DNA of 64,000 nucleotides. Source: Balamuthia mandrillaris. Its lineage: Eukaryota. The stretch is from assembly GCA_031835245.2 (NCBI GenBank), contig JAVKOQ020000003.1:372001-436000 (forward strand), written 5' to 3'. The translations under genes and the position numbers were made by a program. Below, in pieces: positions 10,908-23,701 of the stretch. The notes beneath the pieces are model-generated. The model was not told the DNA's origin, searched no databases, and worked only from the letters and a program-made list of their open reading frames with translations. Numbering within the stretch: the stretch's first letter is position 1; the number at the start of each line of letters is the position of its first letter.

Positions 10908-13900
10908 ATGCTGAGCTACAACACAACCGCCTCGAAACCGCCGCCCCGAGGGCCTGAGAACGGCCCCGGAGCCGCCCTTCCTGCTTCCTATGACATGGAG
11001 CCCTCCTCCTGGGACCAACGGTAAAAACAACTACCAATTATTTTTCTCGTCTTTCCCTAGATTTGCTTTCTGCTCACCCTTCCCCTTTTGTTTTAAAAAA
11101 CAAATATTTGTGCTTCTCCTCTTTTTCCTCCTCTTCTCGTTGCGTATTTTTTAGGCGGGAGAGGGACTCTAGAGATTTTAGTGGAGGTGGAAACAGAGAC
11201 AGCGCTCCAGGGAGAGGAGGGTTTAGTGGTGGACCTGCCAAACGTGGAGACTGGAGAGACAGAGACAGAGACAGAGGCATGCGTGAGTTATCTCCCCCAA
11301 AACATCGAAGGAAGAGAGACGAATCTCTGGAGCCCGGAGCTAGTGGTGGGGGTTCCTTTCTTTCTTTTCTTTGAACTTCGCCTAGCGTTGTTGATCAGGT
11401 GAGCTCACGTTTCGATTTCAAATTAAGGTCCTGGCTATCCAGGTGGCCCGTTGGAGTCAGAACGCTCTCGCTCACGTTCTCCAAGAGGAGTGCCTGACTA
11501 TTACTTTGATAGCAGAGAGGTAAGTGACTGATTGGAGTTTTGTCTTCGTTCTTGCTAATTTTTCTCCTTTCACGCAGCCTTATTCTCGGCCGTACGGAAG
11601 AGACAGAGGAGGTCATCCCCGAGGAGGGCTATCCCCAAGAGGACACCCAGGAGCGCCTGCCTTCTTTCGAGATCGTCCTCCCCCAGGAGCTCCTCCCGAG
11701 TTACTGGCAGGACCCATGGGTATGGCTGCTGCCATGGGCTACCCTCCTTATCCCCTCCCCTACGGCTTTCACAAACCCTATGAGCTCGCAGCCGCAGCAG
11801 CGGTGGCAGCTGGCGCAGGATCTAATAATGGCAAAGGAGACTTGTTGGTTGGTGGAGTAATGTATGAACGAGAGCGCTCGCGCTCGAGGGAGAGAGATGG
11901 CGGAAGAATGCGTAAGCCATCACGAGATTTGAGCTCTTACGAACCACCTTCCTCGTATGATGGCAACGGATCGTTGTATGATCGCGATAGGCGCGATCCT
12001 AGGCTTCCAAGACCTCCTCGGGGTCGTTCCAGAGAAAGATTATCTGCCTCGGAAGGAAGTAGATCCCCGCGGCGCGAACGAGACTCGTCACCGTCTCTCC
12101 GATCTTCTTCACGAAGACACTCTCCCCGAGGACACCGGGAATACAGCACATCCAGAGGTCGCTCTCCCTCCCCAAGATACAAAGACGATGGCATTAGTAG
12201 AGAACGTTCTGGACGACCCCACTCACGGGACCGAGGAGAGCATCACCATCGCCATCGTTCCAGCCGAAGGTTGAGTGCAAGCGAAAGCCACCTCCGAAGC
12301 CCCTCTCACTTGTCATCCTCTCCATCTCCTTCTTCCACTAGTCGACACTCTTCTCCGGCCTCTGAATCACCCTCTGGCAACACAACAGATAGAGACACCA
12401 CAACAAACGCAACGAGTGGCCAAAGATTTTCTTCGGACTCAAGTACCAGCAGAGGCTCATTGGATGACAGCTCATCGCCATTAGCATCCTCCAGAGATGC
12501 CAACGATGGACAGCAGACCGCTAAAGCCTCTTTGGAACAAGAACAACCTAAACGAGTGAGCTTGGGTTGGGGAGAAGGATTGGTGAAGTTTGAACGCCAG
12601 CGGCAACGGGAACCTACTCCTCCGCCACCAGCATATCCCCCTCCTCCTCCCGAGGAGGAGGAGGAACCCGAGGCTTCGTCCTTGACGGAGAAAGTCACAG
12701 AGGAAGCTGCAACAAGTGATGATCTTCGTGCACCATCAGAGGACATGAAAGAGGACGGGGAAGAACAAGAGAAAGAAAAAGAGAAAGAAAAAGAGAAAGA
12801 AGAGAAGGCAGTAACCACTCCCCTACTGCGTCCTCCATCTCCTCCCTCTCTCGATGACAGTGACGACATGAAGGCAGAGAGTAGACAAGACAATACAACA
12901 CTCTCCACTACGGAAGAGAGTAAAGACAAACGTAACAAGCGAAAGCTAGTGGAGTTGGAGGAGGAAGGTCAATTACCGGAATGGGATGACCGAACCGGGA
13001 AAAAACATCGTGGCACAGAGGCAACAGAGCAAGAAACCGGAGGAGAAGAGCATTCTGTGAGGTCACCCCCCTCGCCTCGACCATATGGAGTTAGAGAAAG
13101 AGAGCGAGAACGTTCTAGGGACAGGGAAAGAGACCGAGACAACAGAGACAAGGATAGAGATAGAGATAGAGAGAGGAACAGAGACCGGGACAGGGATAGA
13201 GACAGAAACAGGGAGCGAGATCGATATAGGGACAGAGATAGAGAACGGGACAGAGAACGAGAGCGTGAACGAGAAAGAGAACGAGAACGAGAACGGGAGC
13301 GTGAGCGAGAAAGGGATAGAGAATGGGAACGTAATCGCGCAGAGTGGGAAAGAGAGCGAGAGGAGTTTTATAGACGGCGTGGCGGTAGTATGCCGCACCT
13401 CGACTCACGTCTCCCATTCTCTATCATGGAGCCTGAACGTTCACGTCGAGATGTTGGTTATGAGGGGGAACAAGGTCTGTTGGGCCTCTACCCCTCATCC
13501 TCTTCCGACCGACTATCCTTGCTTTATCATGGAGGGAGAGGAGAGAGTTTTCCTCCTCGCCACAGACTTTACTACCCTTCTTCTTCCTTATCCCCATCCC
13601 CATCACCGTCATCTTCTTTTTCCACAGAGGGATCCTCTTATCCTGCATCAGATAAAAGCCCACCGTCACCCCCAACACCATCCTCATCTTCGAAGAAATT
13701 GATGATTGATGAAGAGGATGAGACCGATACCTCCTTACCCTCTAAAGAAGACATTGTGAGTAACATAGAGAAGATCGACACAGAGATTGCAAAGACGGAA
13801 TCCGAGATTCGTGCACTTATGACAGAGTCTGAGGATCCGACGTCCTCGTCTTCGGCGTCGAAGAAAGAAGCACTGCACGTGGTCAATGAGGAGATTACAA

Positions 13901-16900
13901 CCAAAGAGAAAAAGCGTCATCACCACCAGCAAAGTGCACGACGCAAGACCAACGATATTTTGTACAACGTCTACGAGGCCAACAAGGAAAAGCTGGCCTA
14001 CGTGTTAGAGCAATTTGCAGCCCTTCTCACTCCAGAGATGAAGGCACAGCAACAGGAGCGTGCCCAAAAAGTCCTGCAAATGCAAGAAGAAGAAATCGAG
14101 CGGATGATGAGCATAAAAGAGCGAATGAAACGAAGGATAGGTACGAAGGGAAAGGAGAATGGAACAGAAAAAGAGAAAGAAAAGGATAAAGAAGTGGTCG
14201 AAGAGGGAAAACTACGCAGTGGAGAAGCCTCATCTGATGATGGCACCGCAGTCGTTAGCCCTTTGAGTGAGCCTCTACCTCTGCTGCCTCTCTATACTTC
14301 CCCTTCGGACCTCCCCTTCTTTCTCGAAAACCAAAAGAAGCACGAAAGGAACGCGCCGCTTATCAAAAAGGTCATCGCCCGGCGAAAGCAAGTCTTGAGG
14401 CAGAAGGAACTGGAACTGGCAGCCACCTTCCGAAAGCTTCAAATCGAATACCAACGCAAACGCCGACGAATGAGCGAGAGACAACGACGCAAACGTGGAC
14501 AAAAGGGAAGCGTAGGTCCACAGCAAACAAGCTCCAAGAAAGGGGCCAAGCACCAAAAAGGAGGCAATCTCGCAGGCGCTGGTGGGTCAGCAACGCAACC
14601 ATCTCAACTCCTGCCGCAACTGATCTCTGGAGCTGGTCGCTCCACACGAAGAAGGTTGACAGACACCGTAAACAGTGAAGCCGAATTCGAAAAGATTATC
14701 TCGGAGTTGGCTGCACAGGAGAGCAGGAACTCTCAAGACACGCGCTACATGCGTACTCTGGCTATAGTGCCTGCCATGGTATTGGACGAACAGGACAAGC
14801 AGGCACACTTTGTGGATCGCAACGGCATATACACGGAGGATGCGCTCTTTGTGGAGAAGCAGCGCAAGCTGGTGAATCCATGGATGGAGGAGGAGAAGCG
14901 CAAGTTCTTGCAAAAGTACCTCATCTATCCGAAGAACTTTCGTAAGATAGCCTCTTACCTACCCCATAAGGACGTGCATGATTGCATCAACTACTACTAC
15001 GCCCATAAGAATATGCTCAACCTCAAGAAGTTGCTACGGGAACATCAGATTAAGCGAAGGGGAGGCATTCGCATTGTGGAAGATATGGGTGCATGCGAGC
15101 AAAGGCCTACTGGCACGCGCGGCAGCAAGGGAAAGCCCTCTATCATGGCTCGTTCTCCTGCTGTTGCTTCCTCTGCTGTTTCTTCTGCTGCTGCTGCTGC
15201 TGCTGCTGCTTCTTCTTCTTCTCGGGACCGCATGGGCAGACCTTCCATCATGGCTCGTTCAAACAGCTTGGTTGGTGGCTCCTCTTCCGCTTCTTCGTTC
15301 GCTGCACAGTCTGCAGCGAACCACGAAGATGAAGTGGACGTGGCGGATGAGGAAGTAGTTGACGTAGGAGGAGTAGAGAATAGAGGACCAGGTGGGACAG
15401 ACAACAGAGCAGGGAAAACCAAGAGAAGAGAACGAGAGAAAGAAAAGGAACGGTTGCGCGAACAAAAGGAACGGGATCGTCAGATTTTGGAAGAGGCCCT
15501 TCTTGATACCTACTACCAGTCCAACCAAGTGGGTGCTAGCCGCAAAACAGGTCTCAAACGCAAAGCTGCTCGTCAATCTCGAGCCAAGACGCGATCCGTT
15601 CTGACCAACTCTAATTTTGGAGAAGGAGAGGATACTGTGACCCTTGCTGCTTCTACTGCTGCCTCCCATGCTACTCCTAGCGTTCCGTCTTTAACTCCTC
15701 AAGCCTCTGCTGTCTCTGGGTTCGCAGAGCCTATCGGCAACAAGAAGAAAACGAAAGAGAAGAGAATGAAGTCGCTGAAAAAAAGGCTCAAGGTGAAACA
15801 AGTGGCCAACAACGTCAATAAGAAACCTCCCGGAAGCAGAAGAGCAGCAGCTGTGGCAGCTGATGCATCAATCTCTATGTCACGACTCGTTGCAGAAGGA
15901 GGAAGAAAGCTCTCTTTGGAGGGGATTAATGGTGAGGAAGAAGCGGAAAGCTCACAGGAAATTCAAGTGGGCAAGAAACGGGGTAGTTTTTCACTCAAGT
16001 CAGGTGGTGCTGACTCCGAGCAAACAAGCGAAAGAGCTGGCAAAGGACTTGAAGACGAGGAAGAAGCAGAAGAGGGTGTTGTAGGAGAGGCCAACGCGGC
16101 GGATGACGAGGAGGCCAACATCAACGACGATGACGACGATGTCTCGGCTCCTATAGACGTCACTTCCATCACCTCTGCTCCCTCCTCCCCTCCCTTATCC
16201 CTCTCCGACATTGTGGCCCTGAAAATGCAACAAAAACCAAAGACAAGAGCGCCTAGGCCACTCCCTGCTGAGGAAGAGGCGCTGAACCGATGGACCGACC
16301 GTGAGATCGAGTTCTTTGCGGAGGCCTTTGCTCAGGTGCCCAAAGACTTCAAGTCCATCGCGGAGTACATCGGCACCAAAAACCAGTTTCAATGCAAGGA
16401 GTTCTACTATAGCAATCGCAGTCGTCTGGGCTTGGATGACCAACAATCGGAGAAGGCTCATCATCCGCGACGCTCTTACGCGGCTACTAGCGATGAGGCC
16501 AACGGAGAGAAGCGAGTGGTCTCCTATTGGACCGCAGCGGAGAAGGCGGAGTTTGAGAAGTACTTTGAGATCTATGGGCGCAATTGGAAAGTGTTGGCTC
16601 AGCACATTCCCTCCAAGACGCGTGGTCAAATCAAGAACTACTTCCAGAACTACAAGATCAAGCTTAACCTGAATAATCTTCAGGAGAAGGACAGTAGTAG
16701 TACTTCACCTTTGGCTTCTCCTTCTCCTTCTGTTGCTCCCTCTGCGGCTTCGCTGGGAGCTGTTGTTGGTCAACACCAACATCACCCACAACATCTCCAT
16801 CACACCCAACATGATACTCCAAGAAGTGATCTTATGGGACTCCATCTCCCAGGCACTAATACAACAAATGCCAACAAGATCCAACAACACATTACTGTTG

Positions 16901-19900
16901 GAGCTTCACAAACAACATCCCCTTCTTCCTCCTCTGTTGCCTTGTCCGCCGCCCAACTTTCGTCTTCTCCCTCTGCTCCCGCTTTTGCAAGCACCAGTGC
17001 TGCAAGTTCCACATCAGTTGGCCTTGGTGTCAAACCCAAAGGTTCCATAGCCTCATTGCTCAACTCACCAGGTCCCACTGACGCATCATCTCACCATCAC
17101 CACGATACTAACTCGCATCATCATCTGCACCATCACCATCACTCTCTCGTTGATCACTACAACAGCACAGCCGCTTCTTCTTCGTCTTCCTCTGCTGCGG
17201 CTTCTTCTGCTTCTTCCGCAACCTCGCCATGGTTCTTACCTCACTCTCATTCCCTAACTCATGTGGAAGTCAAGAAGCATCCCTCCTCTTCCTCTGCCGA
17301 ATTCAATTTAACCGTGCCTCCAACGCTACCACCCCCCACTCCATCCCTTCTCTCCCCTCCCTCTCTCTTCTTCTCTCCCCATCACTCCCCTCATCTCCCG
17401 CGCTCTCCCCATTCTCCTCATCACTCTCACCATCTCCACCATACCTCGCCACACGGAGGAGGCCATGCTTTCTCCTCCCCCGATGCTGCCACCCTGGCTT
17501 CATTGAGGCTGCCGGAGCCCAACATCAACGATGACGAGGGCGCTTCTCCTCCTTTCTCGTCCTCTGCCTCCATATCTCCTTCTGCCACGGTTACCATTTC
17601 TGCAACCCCCACTTCTTCTTCTTCTTCTTCCTCTCGTTCTCGTTCTCCTGGCTCTTCCCATCACCATCATCGTCACTCCCATCATTCTCATTCTCGCTCT
17701 CACCACCATTCTTCCTCACCTGCGTCTGCTGCTTCTGCCACATTGAGTTCCCATACTACTTCTACGCTGGCTACCCCTACCACTCCGCAACGTAGCGGCT
17801 TCCTTTTTGCTTCCTCTTCTTCCTCTTCTCCTTCATCTCCTTCTTCCTCCGAGAGCAGCAGAAAGAAAGCGAAACCCGTTGGGGACTCGCAAACAAATCT
17901 CAAGGAGCAAGAGCTATTGTCTCCACCAACATCATCAACAAGCCACACATCACCATCGATGAGCCGCTCTCGCTCGTCACCCCCGGATCAGAGCTCGTGG
18001 CGCTCTTACTCTTCTGCCACTGCTGCTACTACAACCACAACTTATCATCCTCATCATCACCATTCTTCTTCGTCTCAGCACCATCCCCAACATCATTCTT
18101 CTCATCAACATCGCGCCAACAATGCTACTGTGGGTCAACACGCACATAGCCAACATTCCCATCATCCACAGCCTCACTATCGGTCTTCTTCCTCATCTTC
18201 TAGGGCCTCCTTTTCTTCTTCAACAGGAGAAGGCACAATTGGAGGGGGTCGACTAGCGGAACGCTCCTCTTCGTTCGATTCTACCACCACGCCTTCCTCC
18301 AAGTCCACCGGAACAGCTGGTCCTGCTCTTACCTCGACCACTGCAGCCGCTACCACGCACTATTCTCCGCATCCTCTGACGGCCACGGAGGAAGGGCTAA
18401 TCTCAACCCAGAGAAGGCCTGGCTCCTCGGCTTCGTTGTCAGCAGAGCGAAAGCCACACAGAAGCAAAGAGATAGGTCATGCGCGCAACAAAGCAGAAGA
18501 TGCATCCGAGTACACTCTGTTCCCGCACTCATATCCTTTGCAGGAAGTTGTGAGCTTCTCTTCAAATGGCAAGAACGAGGACTCTGTTTTCCAAATCGAC
18601 ACCCCTCCTCTGTCTAAGGTCTTTGCTTCTTCTTCATCTTCTCAGCACAAACATCAACATCACCACTCGCAACAACTAGATTATAGCCCAGCTAAGACTC
18701 ACCAATCTTCTCATCATTCGCATCAATCTTCTCATCATCGCACTTCTCTTCCTTCAATATCATCTTCCACGTCTTCCTCTTTGCCGAAACGCCAGCAATT
18801 ATTTCAACACGATATCCCTCCTACTGCTTCCTCTTCCTCGTCTTCAACATCGTCCGATGATGACGAAGCAATAACATCGACAGACTCGTCTACCTCAACA
18901 ATGATCAAACCTCAAATCTACCGAGTGGAGGTTGATACGATGCAAACCATATTGACAGGACTTGTTGAGTCTGTCAACAGGCGCATCACTTCTCGCGTAG
19001 GAACGGCAGGAGGAAAAGGAGGCACCAAGAAAGTGGAACCCATTCCTTTACCTAATTTATTTTCGTCTTCTCGTTCGCTGGATCCATCTGAACTCCATCA
19101 ACAACAAGACCGAAAAGAAGAACAAAAGAAAGATAAAGAAGAACGAGAGAAGAAGAACGAGCCAATATCTCCTTCTGCTCCTTTTACAACTGCGATGGTC
19201 GAAAGTTCAGCAACAAATACCAAAGAAGAGAAAGTAGAGAAAGCAGAAAAAGAAAAAGAGGACGACAGACTTCATACTCCAATTGTAGCGATGGACGTGG
19301 AAAAGACAATCGCAGTGGCGATGACGCAACCACAAGAAAAAGAAGCAGAAAAAGAGCAACAAGATGTAGTTGATAAACACGGTGAACATGAAGAAGCAGA
19401 ACAAGAGATGGATGCGATAACAACGACAACAGCGATGGATGTGGAGGCTGTTGATGATGCACAAGAAAAGATGGAGGAAGAACAGAAAGCGGATCAAGGG
19501 GAGAGAACGAGTGCCGCACAACAACAGCTGCCGCCAATTGCAACAGAAAAAGCGGAAAAAGAAAGAGAAGAAAAGGTGGCTTCTGTTCAGGTATATGAAG
19601 AGACCCCTTCTTCTACCATGACCACAACGGCGACGACAGAACCAATTGTAGAGATAGTGGCTTCGGAGTATGACGGTGCTTCCTCTCTTCCTTCTCTTAC
19701 TCCTTTGGAACAGAAACAAGAACATGAACATGAACGTAACAAGCAACAACAACATCAACAAAGAAGAAGCGAAGAAGAAGAAGAGGAAGACGAGGAAGAG
19801 CACAAGCAGGAAGTTGGCTCCACCCTGTCTTCCTCCTCAGCTGTCCCTGAGATGATAGAACAGAAACCATTACCATCTTCTTCAGCATCTGATGTTCTTC

Positions 19901-20328
19901 CTCCTTCCTCTCTTCAAGAAGAAACACAAGCAGAAGAAATTCCATCATCGATGATGGATATTGTTCCCCCTCTATCAACAACTGCAACAACTGATGAAGC
20001 TCAAATCTCAACCATTACCACACAACAGCAACAACCACAAGAAGAAGAAGAAGAAGAAGAAGAAGAAGAAGATAAGGCAAACAGTGGCTATCCTGCCGAC
20101 GAAGTTGATGACGTTGCTGCTGTCCTTCAGCAACAAGAAACCTCTGCAATACTCCAGCAAGAACAACAACAACAACAACAACAACAAGAACAGCAACCAC
20201 AGCTGCAAGAAGACGAGGACACAACGTTGCAAGTCTCTCCGACTTTAGCAGCCTCTGTGGCAGAGATGATAGAGACCCTTTTGCCCTCTTTGGAACAAAC
20301 AGAACGCAACGTCAACAGCCCCCCTTAG
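10908..20328 (+). CDS. NCoR/SMRT/Snt1-like HDAC co-repressor with three SANT/Myb domains, about 3000 aa; true C-terminus may extend to 20564
   Basis: GPS2-interaction-like helix SKEDIVSNIEKIDTEIAKTESEI; SANT1 WMEEEKRKFLQKYLIYPKNFRKIASYLPHKDVHDCINYYY; SANT2 WTDREIEFF..; SANT3 WTAAEKAEF..QIKNYFQNYK. Small 5' exons (10908-11020, from 11155, 11428-11519) splice into the long exon from about 11578. Confidence 0.85.
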
Positions 20329-20708
20329 CTGAGGAGGCTATCCTCCCTCCTGTTGTGCCGCCTCCCGTTGCTACGTTGGAGGGGCAAGAAGGACAACCTC
20401 AACCACAGCCTCCTCTGCAAAGTGTTCCTGCTGAGCAAACGCAACAACAAGAGCCAGAGATGGTCGATGCCGTTGCAGCTCCTACAAATCTGCCTCCGCC
20501 AACCCAGCTTCCGCCAACATGCCCCGCACCCTCCCCCTCCTCCTCTTCCTCCTCTGGTGTTTAAATAGAGTTTATTTTCACGTTCAACATTCGAGTTTTT
20601 GTTGTCGTTTATTTTAAGAGTACATCGTTGCAAAGTAGTACACAGCCGTTCTGGAGGGGAGGAGAACAGTAACACCACTCGGGTTCTCTGTTCCGGTTGT
20701 TTGCTTTT

Positions 20709-22507
20709 TCAATCCCTTGCTTTCAGCATCTTCACGATTTCGCTAAAGGTTGGCCTGTATTTTTTGTTTGAGTGGTAACTCTTGAAGAGAGAGAGAGAGA
20801 GAGAGCTGTTTCTTGCAAACCTATCTTGTGGATCAAACGAGAAACATTCTTTCATGACGCTTTGGAGCGCGGAAGGAATGGAAGTAGGAATGTCTGGATG
20901 CTTGCCCTCCTGGATGGCCATGCTGGCTTCTTCGGTATTCATGTCTGGGTAGGGTGTCATTCCCAGGTTGGCCATTTCCCAAAGCGTCACACCATAACCT
21001 GAAAACAAAAAATGGTGCCACATGAGTTCAACAGTGAGAAGGAGGAGGTGAAGAAGAGAGATAGGAAAACTTACTCCAAACATCAGCAGAGGGGCCATAG
21101 GTGTAGGAAGCCAACACCTCTGGCGCTAGCCTAACACCACAAAAGAGGATATTAGCACAAGAGAGGAGAGAAACACAAAGAAAAGGACGTACCACTTGAT
21201 AGGAACTATCTCGTCCTTGCCTAGGCTCTTTTCTTCGCTCTCGTTCTCCTGCTTGTGTGCCAATCCAAAATCTAATTCACATTAGGATAGGTAGAGAGCA
21301 AAGCATACCCAAAAGCAATAACAAACAAACCAGAAACTTTGATGGTCAGGTCCTTGCCCAGCAACAGGTTTCGAGCAGCCAAGTCTCGATGGATGATGCC
21401 CTCTGCGTGCAAATGGCTCATTCCTGCTGCAATCTCTCTCGCCATTCTCAAGAATGTCTTCTCATTTTTCATTGCCATTTTGCCTTCGTTGCTGTGGAGG
21501 AAGTGAAGCAGGTCTCCTCTGGATAAGAGCTCAGTGACGAGGCAGCAGGGACGTCCTTCTTCTATGCAAGCCCCCATCAAAAGTACCACATTAGCGTGGG
21601 GCCGTAATCGCCTGTTGAGAAAAGTTAGAAAAGGAAGAGGAACGAAGAGGAAGGAGGAGGAAGAGGAAGAGGAAGAGGGGCGAACTGCATGAGTTCTATT
21701 TCGGCTTTGAATGACTCCATGTTTTGTTCTGATCCCAACCCAGCCAACTGACACGAATGAGTAAGTGAAAGTATTCCTTGACCAGGAAAAAAAAAGGGGG
21801 GGTTACCTGCTTGATGGCGACTTCACTGTTTCTCCAGAATCCTTTCCAAACCGTCCCGAATGCACTGCGCAACAGAAGAAATTCAACAACCAAAACAAGA
21901 TCCTAATGAAAGGAGGAAACGGTAAATACCCTTCTCCAATCTTCTCTCCGTATTCGAGTTCTGCACTTGGTATTTCCCACTCAATTCCGCCTGCTTCATC
22001 CTCTTCACCTTCTTCAGACAACATTCTTGAAGGCGAAGAGGCTGCACAGTCTTGCGCAAAGTCCTTCTTTGTTCCATATAACTCCGGGGCGTTTTCCATG
22101 TCTCGCATTTCCAGGGACAAGGCCGTCCTTTTATCTCTCCTCAAAAAGTATACGACGACTACTAAAACAGCTCCCAGCAGAAGGAACAGAAAGACTCCTC
22201 CTGCTGATGCTCCTGCGATGATTGGAGTCTTGTCATCTTCGTCATCTTCCGGTTGCACCACTCTATCTTGTGAAGAAGAAGAAGATGAGGAAGAAGAAGA
22301 AGCATCGGATTCAGACGGTGCGGTGCGGGTTGGAATGACAGTGAAATAATGAAGGGGGTTGGTATAATTGGTTTCCAGGATGCGCATCGAAGGGTAGGTG
22401 GGGCTGCAGCTACCGAGGGAGACGGTGAAGTTCAAAGGGTGTGATGCGTTGGTCGCCACTTGGACGCCTGAGACAAACTCAACTATAATTTCGTCTATGA
22501 GAGAGCA

Positions 22508-22549
<42 letters not shown>

Positions 22550-23336
22550 CCGAAGGAGAAGCAATAAAAAGAAAGTAGAAAGTTGAAGCGTACCAGAAGT
22601 TCCATCGTTGGGGAGATAATCAAAGGAGCACGCTATGACATCCATGTCGGGGGTGATGGGCGCACAAACGTACGGCGCCAAGCTGTCCTCTATCCATGCT
22701 CCAGCTTCCTTGGGAGAGATGGTCAATAAACAATCCCCATAGCGAGAACCAGAAGGCCCATCATTACTAATGCTGGCCGAGAATGAAAGAACTCCTCCTT
22801 GGTCAAAGAATGGAGAGGCAGGGGGCAACAAAGTAATCGTCAACGAGACTCGGTACTCCGACTCAATCTGCCAAATGCCGCTAGCTCCGCTGGTATGGGG
22901 GTATCCCCAAGTCGCTTGGCTACTGATGATGGTATAGTCTGTCGTGCTTTTGTAGGCTTTGTTCACGGTGGCAAGGCCAGCGGAGCCCCCATTCCACTCA
23001 CAAATGCCCTCTTCCTCGAAGCATGCAAAGCCAGAGGGACCAGATACAGCCACTATTTTCACAATAAAAACTTGTTAGTTGCAAGGCCAAGAACAGACAA
23101 GGATCGAAGTCGTAACTGGAACCCTCAACGTAATATTCAATGGGACCGACTGCATAGAACCGAATTCTCATCGGCTCGTCCTGCACAAGGTCCAAGTTCC
23201 ACGTCCAGGTGAACGCGCTTCCCGCCAGAAACGGCGCTTCGGGAGTTGTCGTAACCCAAATGTCAAACGAGTTGACCTCGCAGCAGAGGAGAAGCGACCA
23301 TACAACAAAAGCCCAGAACAAATGCTCGGTCTTCAT
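20709..23336 (-). CDS. Single-pass receptor tyrosine-kinase-like protein, paralog K1
   Basis: Signal peptide MKTEHLFW..; ectodomain with ISNDGPS; TM segment after DKTPIIAG; kinase motifs GEGAFG, VAIKQ, HRDLAARN, DFG, VPIKWLAPE across GT-AG introns. Confidence 0.9.
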
Positions 23337-23641
23337 TGTAACGGTGGTGCTGCGGTAGGTGTTGCGAGTAACGTTTGACTTTGTGTTTTTTTTATGCATT
23401 GATCAAACGGTTTCCTTCGTAATGCATCACCCTCACGTTTTCTGTTCCTCGTGTTGCATTATTATGATTTCATATGAGTCTTGACTTTGTGTGGTGGCAG
23501 GGAAGAAACGGATACTTATCCGCATGACGTCATCTTCCTTGTGCTGATGTCATCGAAAATTCCGTCGACACAAAAGTTTCCCGCCTTTTTTTGTCGGCAA
23601 AAAAACACCACAAAAAAATTGAAATAAACGGAGACAACGGA

Positions 23642-23699
<58 letters not shown>

Positions 23700-23701
<2 letters not shown>

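Noticed and set aside
13095..13330. Regular GA-rich repeats as a possible CRISPR-like or satellite array
   Set aside because: They encode the RD/RE dipeptide tract of the co-repressor; there is no repeat-spacer structure.
20326..20568. In-frame TAG readthrough of the co-repressor
   Set aside because: The in-frame extension is compositionally implausible; the -1 frame fits far better.
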